IMG/VR virus record: IMGVR_UViG_3300049489_000161
Location: 1 to 54,708 of that record
DNA: 54,708 nucleotides
Reading direction: 5' to 3' (one strand)
From: a virus
Lineage: Duplodnaviria > Caudoviricetes
Position numbers and translations under genes: made by a program. The notes under the pieces were generated by a model. It searched no databases. It saw only the letters and a list, made by a program, of their open reading frames with translations, and was not told where the DNA came from. How positions within the stretch are numbered: position 1 is the stretch's first letter; each line of letters starts with the position of its first letter. Of this stretch, positions 1 through 9,010 are shown piece by piece.

Positions 1-44
1 CGCTGTGGTGGGTGGGCCGCCCTTTCCTATGAAGGAGGAAAGCA

Positions 45-764
45 ATGCCCAAGCCTGAGATGTTCTCAGCATCCCGTGCCGAACGGCACATGTCCTGTCA
101 TGCCAGTGCCAACCTGGAACTGGCGATCCCAAACTGGACACCACCGGTGGTGGATCCAGATGCGGACAACGCTGCGAACCGCGGCTCGCACATGCACGAG
201 TTGTTCGCCGGGGTCATGGCCCTACCGCTGAGAGACGCAGAAAATTTCTCGCGTGCTCTCGAGTTCGTCAACAACATCCGGCGTCGCCGGCGTTTCAAGT
301 TGCTGATCGAGCAACAGGTCACGGTCGAGTGGCTGGCTACCAAGCCGAACACGACGGCAGACCTGGTGATGTACGTCTCGGACGAGATGCACATCGTCGA
401 TCTGAAGACAGGGAAGATCCCTGTCGAGGTGATCGACAACCGGCAGATGCTGTACTACGCCGCCAGTTATGGGCACCTCGCGCCGAAAGCAAAGGGTGTC
501 TGGCTGCACATCGTTCAGCCCTGGGCCAACGTCACGGAGTCATGGTTCGCAGACACCAGGACGCTGGCGCAGTTCATGAACGAGGCCTCTGCTACAGAGG
601 CAGCGATCCAAGCAGGCAGTACACAGTTCTCACCTGGGCATCACTGCCAGTTCTGTCCTGCAAATCCTCATGGTCGTGGACTCAAGGGCCAGCCCTTGTG
701 CCCGACCATGCTGGATCTGCTGTACCCCCGTCTGATCGACGAGGACGAGATTCTCAATGGCTGA
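45..764 (+). CDS. Cas4-like / DUF2800-type PD-(D/E)XK exonuclease
   Basis: TADL...IVDLKTG, QMLYYA, N-terminal Cys plus CQFC...C (Fe-S pattern); AGGAGG RBS. Confidence 0.85.
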   Translation: MPKPEMFSASRAERHMSCHASANLELAIPNWTPPVVDPDADNAANRGSHMHELFAGVMALPLRDAENFSRALEFVNNIRRRRRFKLLIEQQVTVEWLATKPNTTADLVMYVSDEMHIVDLKTGKIPVEVIDNRQMLYYAASYGHLAPKAKGVWLHIVQPWANVTESWFADTRTLAQFMNEASATEAAIQAGSTQFSPGHHCQFCPANPHGRGLKGQPLCPTMLDLLYPRLIDEDEILNG

Positions 765-803
765 GGATCTTCGCATCACTGACTACTGAAAGAGGAATAC
801 CTG

Positions 804-2903
804 ATGCAAAGAGTCATCGGTCTCGACTTCGAGACGTATGCAGTCACGGATCTACCCACCAATGGGCTGGACAACTACGTGAACTGTGAGTTCTTCACAC
901 CGCTGATCGCAGCAGTGAAGTACGTGAACAACAGGGGTGTCACAGTGCGCGAAGTCTTCGACTTCGTGCGGGATCCAGAGGCTGCACGCGGCGGGCTCTG
1001 GTATCTGGTGAGAGATCCCGAGGTCCGCATCGCTGCGCACAACGCAGGCTTCGAGCAAGCAGTGCTGAGTCGGATGGGCATGCCGGTACCATCTGAGAAG
1101 TTCATCGACACTGCGGTGCTGGCCCGCGCTGCCGGTGCTGCCGGCAAGCTCGAGGCTGCGGCACCACAGTTGCTGGGCCTGGACAAGGTGGAGACAGGGT
1201 TCAACCTGATCAAGCTGTTCTCCATCCCGGGCAAGTACCAGGCCACGTCCGGTCTCGGCGACTTCGATCCTCAGATCGTGGTCGACCATCCGCAGGAGTG
1301 GCAGGAGTTCAGCCGCTACTGCCAGGTCGATGCCGACCTGAGCTACGACCTGGCGATGCTGTTGCTGCCACTGATGTCGGACAAGGAGCTGGCGAACACA
1401 GCAGTGACGATGGACATGAACAACGTGGGCTGGTTCGTGGACATGCCACTGGTCGAGGAGATGCAACGGCGTTACCTCGACAATGTGGACCGAGCGATCG
1501 AGAACTTCCGCGATCTGTGCGATGCCCCGGATCTGAACATGTCCTCGTTTCCACAGCTGCAAGCGTGGTGCAAGGAACGGGGAGTTCGGGCGTCGTCCTT
1601 CGACGAGACTTCGGTGCAGAAAATGCGCACGTCACTGACCAAACGCCTGGAAGCGATGGGCATTGATGAGCCCAAGCGTTCAGGGTTCGAGGAGGTTCTC
1701 GAACTGTTGCACACAAAGCAGGTGATGGGCGGGTCCAGCTTGAAGAAACTGCAGACGCTGATCGATCGTGTCGGGCCTGGCTCCCGGCTGCGGGACTCAT
1801 ACCTGCACATCGGTGCCGGCGCCACGTACCGCACCTCAGGACGTGGTGTGCAGATGCAGAACCTCAAGCGGCTCAACGGCCAGGGCGATGACGTCGAGTT
1901 GCTGTACGACCCGAACGTGTCATGGCCCAACGACCAACTCGCCTCGAACCTGAGGCAGGTGTTCAGAGCCAGCCATCCCAACGGCCGGCTGATCGTCGGA
2001 GACTTCAGCAGTGTGGAGTCCCGCGGGCTGGCATGGCAGGCCGGGGAGACCTGGAAGCTGCAGGCCTACGCCAGAGGCGAAGGCATCTACGAGCACCAGG
2101 CGGCGAAGATCTTCAACGTCGCATACGAGGCTGTCACCAAGCAGCAGCGTCAGACCGGCAAGGTCGGCGAGCTGTCCTGTGGTTACGGTGCTGGGCCCGA
2201 GGCAGTGCAGACCTTTGCAGCCAAGATGGGTGTGGAGCTGTCACTGCAAGAAGCCACGCTGCTGGTGAAGGACTGGCGTGACGCCAACGGCGACATCGTC
2301 AGGTACTGGTACGAGCTCGACGCTGCACTCAAAGCAGCGGTCGGGGGCATCCGGAGCACAGTCAAGATCCCACATGGCTGGGTGCAGATCCTCCCGGTGC
2401 CGGCGCCGGAGTCATTGCGCGAGCAGACGCACGACCAAGACCTGGTCTCACTGCGTGTGTCCATGATCCTCACCACAGGTGAGACAGTGCTGACCCGTGT
2501 GATCCACGGTGCGCATCTGAAGGGGCGCAACATCGGATACTGGAAGCCGAGCGAGCGTAAGACCGGTGCCCTCTGGGTCGACAGGTTCATGAACCCGAAG
2601 ACCAAAAGGGTGCAGATGTACAGCATGTACGGCGGCAAACTGTCGGGGATCCTGACACAGTCGCTGTGCCGTGAGCTGTTCTTCGACAGCCTTCGGAGCG
2701 TTCACGACTGGACACGGATGTTCTCCAACACGCTGCTCATCGGGCAGTTCCACGACGAGATCGTGGTGGAGTGGTGGCCCGAGGCAGGCATGCCTGACCT
2801 AGGCGTCACCATGCAGGCGATGGAGATGCGTATGAGATCAACAGTCCTACCGGGGTTCCCGCTCGACGCGGAGATCAAGTCGGACTTCAGGTACACGAAA
2901 TGA
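804..2903 (+). CDS. polA: Family A DNA polymerase with 3'-5' exonuclease
   Basis: Exo motifs DFET, HNAGFE, YCQVD; motif A GDFSSVESR; motif B RQTGKVGELSCGYG; motif C FHDEIV. Confidence 0.96.
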   Translation: MQRVIGLDFETYAVTDLPTNGLDNYVNCEFFTPLIAAVKYVNNRGVTVREVFDFVRDPEAARGGLWYLVRDPEVRIAAHNAGFEQAVLSRMGMPVPSEKFIDTAVLARAAGAAGKLEAAAPQLLGLDKVETGFNLIKLFSIPGKYQATSGLGDFDPQIVVDHPQEWQEFSRYCQVDADLSYDLAMLLLPLMSDKELANTAVTMDMNNVGWFVDMPLVEEMQRRYLDNVDRAIENFRDLCDAPDLNMSSFPQLQAWCKERGVRASSFDETSVQKMRTSLTKRLEAMGIDEPKRSGFEEVLELLHTKQVMGGSSLKKLQTLIDRVGPGSRLRDSYLHIGAGATYRTSGRGVQMQNLKRLNGQGDDVELLYDPNVSWPNDQLASNLRQVFRASHPNGRLIVGDFSSVESRGLAWQAGETWKLQAYARGEGIYEHQAAKIFNVAYEAVTKQQRQTGKVGELSCGYGAGPEAVQTFAAKMGVELSLQEATLLVKDWRDANGDIVRYWYELDAALKAAVGGIRSTVKIPHGWVQILPVPAPESLREQTHDQDLVSLRVSMILTTGETVLTRVIHGAHLKGRNIGYWKPSERKTGALWVDRFMNPKTKRVQMYSMYGGKLSGILTQSLCRELFFDSLRSVHDWTRMFSNTLLIGQFHDEIVVEWWPEAGMPDLGVTMQAMEMRMRSTVLPGFPLDAEIKSDFRYTK

Positions 2904-2905
2904 GA

Positions 2906-2946
2906 GAACCGGAGCGCCAGGTTGCACAAGCCTGGTGCTCCGGTTC
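2906..2946 (+). terminator. GC-rich intergenic hairpin without a U tract (terminator or processing site)
   Basis: gaaccggagcgccagg / cctggtgctccggttc, 16-bp stem with one G-U pair on the + strand. Confidence 0.55.
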
Positions 2947-2967
2947 ATTCCCAAGAAGGAGGTAGCA

Positions 2968-3462
2968 ATGCTAAGTATCGCACACGTCATAGGGGTGGAC
3001 CCAGGTTTGGTTCATACCGGGTGTGTCTCGCTGAGGTTCGACGAGACGCACCGCACTGTCACAGTGCAGCACCTGGTAGTCCGGGGCCCTGACGTGGACA
3101 AAGTCAAACAATGGATCAAGTCCATCGAGGAGAAGGGGCCGCGGCCTCACGTCTTCGTGGAGAAGTACGCACCGAGGCAGCGGCTCAACGCCGACGAGCG
3201 GATGGTCAAGGCGGACGCCGCGTTCCAGTCGGGACTGCGTGGCTGCACGATGGTCCGTAACATGGGCTCCAAGCAAATCGTCAAGCCGCAGCTGATGCAG
3301 ATGCTGGGGGTGTGGCAGTTCGGCACGCCGACACACCACCAAGACCTGCGAGCCGCAGCCAGGATCGCGCTGTTCGGCATGATGAAAGACCCGCCGCTCA
3401 ATGCGTGGCTGTCCGATGTGGTCAGAGATACCCTCGACGGAAATCCGTGGGAGGTTCGATGA
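2968..3462 (+). CDS. RuvC-like Holliday junction resolvase
   Basis: VIGVDPGLVHTG, FVE, C-terminal HHQDLRAA; AAGGAGG RBS before ATG 2968. Confidence 0.8.
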   Translation: MLSIAHVIGVDPGLVHTGCVSLRFDETHRTVTVQHLVVRGPDVDKVKQWIKSIEEKGPRPHVFVEKYAPRQRLNADERMVKADAAFQSGLRGCTMVRNMGSKQIVKPQLMQMLGVWQFGTPTHHQDLRAAARIALFGMMKDPPLNAWLSDVVRDTLDGNPWEVR

Positions 3463-4634
3463 GCACCGAGCTGGAGGTCAAGGCTGGAGTCACGCTGTTC
3501 GACTACCAGCAGGAGTTCCTGGATGTGGCGGCGGCCAACCCGATCAGGCTGCGCGCCTGCCTGTACTACAAGACAGGCGCCGGCAAGAGCCTGACTTCGT
3601 TGGCAGCCGTGGCCCTGCTCGGATACACCGAGTGTCTAGTGGTGGCACCACCGTCCACGCACCGCCAATGGTGGGAGCTAGGGCGCAAGCTCGGGGTGAA
3701 CATCACCCCGATGTCACACGCGAAGTTCCGGCAGAACACCACAAAGTTGTCACGCACCATGCCTGTGATCGCCGACGAGTTCCACCTGTTCGGCGGACAG
3801 AAGGGCAAAGGCTGGCGCAAGCTGGACAAGCTGGCTCTGCACCTGGATGCGCCGTTGATCCTGTGTTCGGCAACCCCGAACTACAACGACGCGGAACGCT
3901 GCTACTGCGTGCAGCACATCCTCCACCCTGGCAACACCAAGGGTGGGTACCTGCAGTTCATCTACCAGCACTGCACTACGGAACAAAACCCGTTCGGGAT
4001 GGAGCCGGTTGTCACCGGATTCCACAACTACCCGGATGCGGCGGCGTTCCTGGCTGCCATGCCAGGAGTCTATTACCTGCCGGACGATGCGAAGTACACC
4101 ATCCAAGACGAGATGTACCTAGTGCGTCTGGATCCTGCGCTGGAATCCCACGGCTATGACCGGCGCAAGCATCGGCTGGTGGCGAGCCAGATCGAACGCA
4201 TGCACACCGTGCGGTACCAGGGTCTGGTAGATGAAGACGGTTGGCTGCACGCTCCGGTGATGAGTCACCTGCAGCGGCTGATCGCAGACAGCCCGACAAT
4301 GATCTTCACAGTTCATTCGTCGATAGCGGAGGCAGTGTCCCGATCATTTGAGACGCTCGGGATCAAGCACTCAACAGTCACAGGCAAGACGCCCAAGCCA
4401 GAGAAAGAGCAGATCATCCGCTCGTTTCTGTCCGGCTATGTCGATGTCCTGATCGGGACTGCAACGCTGGCCACCGGCACGGACGGGATGGACAGGGTGT
4501 GCGACACCCTGATCATCCTGGACGACACCGACGATGACGCTCTGCGTCGTCAGTTGATAGGCAGGATTCTGCCGCGAGGAGCTTCAACCTCCATCGCGCA
4601 GAAAAAAATCTTCCGCATGGTTCCGGTCTTCTGA
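3459..4634 (+). CDS. SF2 DNA helicase
   Basis: KTGAGKS Walker A, IADEFH, SAT, QLIGRILPR; ATGA overlap with the upstream stop. Confidence 0.9.
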   Translation: MSTELEVKAGVTLFDYQQEFLDVAAANPIRLRACLYYKTGAGKSLTSLAAVALLGYTECLVVAPPSTHRQWWELGRKLGVNITPMSHAKFRQNTTKLSRTMPVIADEFHLFGGQKGKGWRKLDKLALHLDAPLILCSATPNYNDAERCYCVQHILHPGNTKGGYLQFIYQHCTTEQNPFGMEPVVTGFHNYPDAAAFLAAMPGVYYLPDDAKYTIQDEMYLVRLDPALESHGYDRRKHRLVASQIERMHTVRYQGLVDEDGWLHAPVMSHLQRLIADSPTMIFTVHSSIAEAVSRSFETLGIKHSTVTGKTPKPEKEQIIRSFLSGYVDVLIGTATLATGTDGMDRVCDTLIILDDTDDDALRRQLIGRILPRGASTSIAQKKIFRMVPVF

Positions 4635-4682
4635 TGCACCCGGGGTGGGGTCGGCAATGGCCGACGCTACGAAGGAGGATCA

Positions 4683-4799
4683 ATGGAATCCACGGAAGCA
4701 GCAGTTGCCAAGCTCAGAGCAATGCTCGCAAAGAATCCGCTCATGCCTGAAGACGAGTACCGCAAGGTGCTCCAGCGCATATATGAGCTGGGCGGCTGA
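4683..4799 (+). CDS. 38-aa hypothetical protein (MESTEAAVAKLRAMLAKNPLMPEDEYRKVLQRIYELGG), not in ORF track
   Basis: GAAGGAGG RBS upstream; fills the intergenic gap; translated by hand. Confidence 0.65.
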   Translation: MESTEAAVAKLRAMLAKNPLMPEDEYRKVLQRIYELGG

Positions 4800-4804
4800 C
4801 TGAT

Positions 4805-4838
4805 AGGGGCGGGTTGTCATGGCCGACAACCCGCCCCT
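4805..4838 (+). terminator. Perfect 14-bp intergenic hairpin
   Basis: aggggcgggttgtc-atggcc-gacaacccgcccct. Confidence 0.55.
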
Positions 4839-4882
4839 GCTGGATTTAGCACACTCACAACCCAAGGAGAAGGAGGGCAGAG

Positions 4883-6274
4883 ATGCCACCAAGTACAAAG
4901 AATCAACGGGAGCGAGATGACCTCGCACCAGTGATAGCCAGCAGTTACCAGATCGTGAGTTACAAGGGGGTGCTGTACATCCCCGCGGACTTCGAGACGT
5001 TGGAGCGGCACGTCACACCTGCGCCTGACCGCAAGGTGTGGCTACCGTTCACACACAAGATGATCCGCATGACAGCCCGGCACCACGATCTGTCCTTCCG
5101 GGACGATCGTGAGCTCAACTCGTTTCGCTACCAGATGGAAGCGGAGGCGATCGAGGTGACCTCGGAGGTGTCGGAGCTGTTGATTCGCACGGACGAAGGG
5201 CTGCGAATGCTGACAAGCGAAGGTGTGTTGGTTGATCCCACAGGATCGTTCATACCCAACTACCTGCCTGTCAAACTCAACGCCGATGAGGGGGTGAAAG
5301 AGCGGGTCATGGATTTGCTCACCGAGTGGGTCGATGATGACGAGGAAGCCTTGTCGCTGCTGCGTCACCTGTCAACAACTCTGGCTCCGCACTGGTCGGC
5401 AGTGAAGTACGTGCTGCTGATCGGTGAGGGGCGCAACGGCAAGTCGCTGCTGATGGAGATGATCGAGCGGATCTTCGGTGAGGAGAACTGCTCGCATGTC
5501 ACCAGGCAGCAGATCAGCGAGAGCAACCCTGTCGTCACCGAGGTGATGGGCAAGCTAGTCAACATCGTGAAGGACGGGCCTGCCTCGTACCTGAAGGACT
5601 CGGGCAACGAGAAGTCTCTGATCGCAGGTGAGGAGATCCCGATCCGCCGGCTGTATCAGAACCAGCCCACGATGGCCAGCACCAACGGGCTGTTCATCGA
5701 GGGACTGAACCGTGAACCGAAGTCGAGAGACAAGTCCTCGGCGTTGCAGTCTCGGCTAGCACGGTTCGAGTTCCCGAACGTGTATCAGGAAGACCGCATG
5801 TTCTACCGCTGGGCCACCTCACCCGAGGTGACCGGCGCGTTGCTATCTCTGATGGTGGACAACTACGTCCGTGAACAAGAAGTACAGATCATGCTGGCGC
5901 CGACCGCGCGCAGCATCGAGCTGAAGCTGGATCACATGATCTCGAACTCACAGGAGTTGCAGTTCCTGATGTGGCTCGAGGACAGCGGTGGTCCGACAGG
6001 TGCCGACGAACTGATCGGCAAGGACATGCGCACAGCCGTGCAAAGGTTCAAGTCCTGGCGGGTGCTGCTCGGCGACATCGGGGTCTACTCCGATGACGAC
6101 GTGGCACGCAACCTGCGCACCGTGCTGCAGGTCGGGCCTCGTAGGTCCGTCCGACAGGGAAACAAGATCACCAAGGTCAGGACTGTGGAGGGCTACAAAC
6201 CCGACGCGGGACGTGTCCTGGCACACCACCGCACAGAGGAGGTGCTCAACGATGAAACCGTGGTGGATGACTGA
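4883..6274 (+). CDS. SF3 (D5/P4-like) replicative helicase
   Basis: LLIGEGRNGKS Walker A, GKLVNIVKD, KSLIAGEEI; adjacent to PrimPol. Confidence 0.85.
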   Translation: MPPSTKNQRERDDLAPVIASSYQIVSYKGVLYIPADFETLERHVTPAPDRKVWLPFTHKMIRMTARHHDLSFRDDRELNSFRYQMEAEAIEVTSEVSELLIRTDEGLRMLTSEGVLVDPTGSFIPNYLPVKLNADEGVKERVMDLLTEWVDDDEEALSLLRHLSTTLAPHWSAVKYVLLIGEGRNGKSLLMEMIERIFGEENCSHVTRQQISESNPVVTEVMGKLVNIVKDGPASYLKDSGNEKSLIAGEEIPIRRLYQNQPTMASTNGLFIEGLNREPKSRDKSSALQSRLARFEFPNVYQEDRMFYRWATSPEVTGALLSLMVDNYVREQEVQIMLAPTARSIELKLDHMISNSQELQFLMWLEDSGGPTGADELIGKDMRTAVQRFKSWRVLLGDIGVYSDDDVARNLRTVLQVGPRRSVRQGNKITKVRTVEGYKPDAGRVLAHHRTEEVLNDETVVDD

Positions 6275-7082
6275 GGAATACGACAAGGACTGGGCTGTCC
6301 CATCCGAGCTGGTCACGTACTCCGGTCCCAAAGGTGTGGCAATCGTCCGCGCCTGGCAAGACGGAAAGACCAGCCCGGGATGGGGGGAGTCCACATTCAT
6401 GGACCTGTACATGAAGGGCAGGTTCAGTGGCCGAGCGGTGATCCCAGGCTACGAGCAGGGGCGTTGGTCGCTGGCGTACGTCATGCGATCGACGCGCCTG
6501 GTGTGCCTGGACATCGACGGCAAGAACGGCGGATTCGACGGGGTGAAGCAGTTGGGCATGTTGCCCTACACACTGGCCGAGACGTCCAAGAGCGGTAACG
6601 GGTATCACCTGTTCTACTCGATCCCGAACGACACCTGGGATCTGGACAGGGGCTATGCCCAGCTGCCGGACAGGATCGGTCTGCAGCAAGGCGTGGATCT
6701 GCGATCGGTGGGGTGCGTCTATCACTACGCACAACAGCGGTGGAACGGCCGGCCGGTCACCACCCTGCCGACGTACATGCACCAGCAGATGCTCGCACGC
6801 AAGGCGTCTACCGCAGCCGCGGTCGACGAAATCATCAAGCTCCTGAATGCAGGAGACCCGATGGAGGTAGCAATGAAGCACGACGAATTGATCACGGATC
6901 TGAACAAGCCGATCCCTGCTGGCAAGCGCAACACCACGCTGTTCGCCATCGGCTCCCAGATGCATCTGGCACAAGTGCCCAACTGGGCCAACCTGGTCCA
7001 CGACCGGGCCCTGGCCGTCGGCCTGGACCACCTTGAGGCGGACAAGCTGATCGCCAACATCACGCGGTACGGAGACAGCTGA
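6252..7082 (+). CDS. Bifunctional primase/polymerase (PrimPol) with PriCT-like C-terminus
   Basis: CLDIDGKNG, ETSKSGNGYHLFY, GVDLR, GKRNTTLF; GAGGAGG RBS before ATG 6252. Confidence 0.88.
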   Translation: MKPWWMTEEYDKDWAVPSELVTYSGPKGVAIVRAWQDGKTSPGWGESTFMDLYMKGRFSGRAVIPGYEQGRWSLAYVMRSTRLVCLDIDGKNGGFDGVKQLGMLPYTLAETSKSGNGYHLFYSIPNDTWDLDRGYAQLPDRIGLQQGVDLRSVGCVYHYAQQRWNGRPVTTLPTYMHQQMLARKASTAAAVDEIIKLLNAGDPMEVAMKHDELITDLNKPIPAGKRNTTLFAIGSQMHLAQVPNWANLVHDRALAVGLDHLEADKLIANITRYGDS

Positions 7083-7486
7083 TGTCTGACGTCTCGATTG
7101 AAGAGCTGGAAGAGTTGCTCGAGAGCAACAGCGATCCAGACGGACAGTGGCGCGGCGCCGACGTGTGTGATGCCCTGACTCGTTTGATCGACGAGAAGCA
7201 GCAAGAAGCTGAATGGGGCTCTCCCATCCGACAGGAGGTTCTCGAAGAAGCAATCGGTCTCACCTGTGGTGACCGCAACCAGGACTACGGTGACCCTCGT
7301 CCCAACTTCGAGGACACCGCAGCGATGTGGTCGGCGTACAAGGGAGTGACGTTCGAGGCTCACGATGTGGCCGCCATGATGATTCTGCTAAAGGTGGCCC
7401 GTCTGAAGACGAGCCCTGGCAAGCGGGACAACTGGACGGATGCCGCGGGCTATGCGGGGTTGGGTGCTGAGGTCTCAGCAGAGTAG
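7082..7486 (+). CDS. DUF6378-like phage protein
   Basis: DRNQDYGDP..NF..TAAMWSAY...MMILLKVARL...DNWTDAAGYA pattern. Confidence 0.75.
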   Translation: MSDVSIEELEELLESNSDPDGQWRGADVCDALTRLIDEKQQEAEWGSPIRQEVLEEAIGLTCGDRNQDYGDPRPNFEDTAAMWSAYKGVTFEAHDVAAMMILLKVARLKTSPGKRDNWTDAAGYAGLGAEVSAE

Positions 7487-7492
7487 TGAGAG

Positions 7493-7535
7493 AAGAGAGG
7501 TTCCGGTGCATGCGCATCGGAACCTCTCTTTTTTT
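7493..7535 (+). terminator. Rho-independent terminator
   Basis: agagaggttccggtgc / gcatcggaacctctct stem followed by a T run. Confidence 0.85.
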
Positions 7536-7544
7536 CAGGGGGGT

Positions 7545-7550
7545 TATGCT
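7545..7550 (+). promoter_or_regulatory. Putative -10 element (TATGCT) for a leaderless transcript
   Basis: TANNNT hexamer 6 nt before ATG 7557; no SD sequence; lies just after a terminator. Confidence 0.5.
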
Positions 7551-7556
7551 GCTGAC

Positions 7557-8114
7557 ATGTCAGACACTTCACAGTCCTTCCTGTCAGCAGCTGAGGTAGA
7601 GCTTAAGAGAAGGTTCAGAAAAGAAGAGGCTGATTTGCGGGTGCTGCCTTCTGATGCAGCACCCGCGCGGGAGTCGGCCCGCATCGACCAGCTTGTGCTG
7701 CCGGACGATATGCGGGCGAAGATGCCCGTGACGAAGGACAAGTTCCTGGTCAAGGAGAACCCTCACATCGTGGCCTGGGAGCGCGAGGTCCGCAAGTTCC
7801 TGCGGAACCTGTCGCCCGAACACGGCCACCGCGTGTCGGCCGCCATGATCTACGAGTGGGCCACCGGGATCAGGGTCGTGGACGTGATGAACACCCCGCC
7901 CGATCGCCAGGGCCCGCACGACTCGTGGCGTAGCGATCTCCGCAAGATCAACAAGATCATGACCTACTACTTCGGCAAGCCGTACTCCACCTACATCTGC
8001 GGCAAGAAGGTGCCCAAGGCGTACCGGGTGCGGCCCGGGTACTACATCCGCCGGCACCGCCCGATGACGCTCACGTTGTGGGCGGAGTATTCCGAGGGCG
8101 TGCTGTACCCGTGA
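7557..8114 (+). CDS. Hypothetical basic protein, possibly DNA-binding
   Basis: Phage-like codon usage; start at MSDTSQ after the terminator. Confidence 0.75.
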   Translation: MSDTSQSFLSAAEVELKRRFRKEEADLRVLPSDAAPARESARIDQLVLPDDMRAKMPVTKDKFLVKENPHIVAWEREVRKFLRNLSPEHGHRVSAAMIYEWATGIRVVDVMNTPPDRQGPHDSWRSDLRKINKIMTYYFGKPYSTYICGKKVPKAYRVRPGYYIRRHRPMTLTLWAEYSEGVLYP

Positions 8115-8461
8115 CCGATCGTGGTCCGATCAAGATCCTCGAGGACGGGACGAGGATCTACTCGAACTACGCCCGGTACACACCGATGCCCGACGAGCAG
8201 CGCACCAACACGATCCGCAAGCCGGCGGACCCAGGTGCGCTGCGGTTCCACGCGCAGTGGTTCCTACCGCTGGACCTGCTGCCCGACGATCTTCGGCTGA
8301 TGCCGCAGACCCGCCCGGACACCGACGCCTACGACCACATGGCCAAGCCGCGCAAGTGCATGTGCGTACCCTGTCAGCGCCCGGAGGCCGTGGCGTGGCA
8401 GGAGAAGTGGCGCAAGGACCACGGGCTCATACGCGCAAGGCCTCGTCGTCGGAGTCGATGA
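8111..8461 (+). CDS. Hypothetical protein with CxCxxC
   Basis: GTGA overlap with the upstream stop; KCMCVPC; overlaps the convergent gene by 35 nt. Confidence 0.7.
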   Translation: MTDRGPIKILEDGTRIYSNYARYTPMPDEQRTNTIRKPADPGALRFHAQWFLPLDLLPDDLRLMPQTRPDTDAYDHMAKPRKCMCVPCQRPEAVAWQEKWRKDHGLIRARPRRRSR

Positions 8462-8714
8462 ACTCCTTGTCGAACATGGCGCCGCCCTCCAGCCGCTGGA
8501 ACAACTGCTGGATGGAATCCAGGTCTCGGCTGATGATCGCCTGCAGAATCAACGTGGCCGCGGTCTTGTCGAGCAGATCCGGGGATTCCTTGTAGACCAT
8601 CTGCACCGTGCCGAACCGCTGATGCCACAACCACAGGACACGGGTGTCCAGCGTGGTGCGGTGGGCTTCGGGCACGCGGGTGCGCCACCGATGCACGGCC
8701 ACGAGATCACTCAT
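8427..8714 (-). CDS. Hypothetical protein
   Basis: ATGA-coupled last gene of the - strand operon. Confidence 0.75.
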   Translation of the reverse strand: MSDLVAVHRWRTRVPEAHRTTLDTRVLWLWHQRFGTVQMVYKESPDLLDKTAATLILQAIISRDLDSIQQLFQRLEGGAMFDKEFIDSDDEALRV

Positions 8715-9010
8715 GATCCCAGCTCCCCTCCGGTCAGGTCGGCGAACTCGATGTTGAGTTTGCGCTTGGTAGCCGGGTGGCTGCCGGGCCGACGGCGGCC
8801 CACCATCCGGTTGAAGATCATGCCGCGGGCGGCGTTGGCTCTGGCAGCCGCGCCTCGCTCGGTGGAGTTCGCGTTGTTGGCGATCTCGAACAGCGTGCGC
8901 ACCACCAGCTCGTGCGCCGGCAGGCTGATCAGATCGTCAGTGGTGATCTCCGGGTTGTCCGCCACCATCTGCATCGCCTGTCGGATAGTGACCATGCGCT
9001 TCAGGCCCAT
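8711..9010 (-). CDS. Hypothetical helical protein (start uncertain)
   Basis: Overlaps the TerL stop; GAGGAGG upstream. Confidence 0.7.
   Translation of the reverse strand: MGLKRMVTIRQAMQMVADNPEITTDDLISLPAHELVVRTLFEIANNANSTERGAAARANAARGMIFNRMVGRRRPGSHPATKRKLNIEFADLTGGELGS

Noticed and set aside
45-764. Cas4-like gene as evidence of a CRISPR-Cas system
   Set aside because: No other cas genes and no repeat-spacer array; standalone Cas4-like nucleases are common in phage replication modules
3312-3458. Long upstream extensions in the ORF track (also from 6093, 7440, 10587, 20562, 21901, 47685 and 49753)
   Set aside because: They overlap neighbouring genes or terminators; downstream starts have an RBS or stop-start coupling
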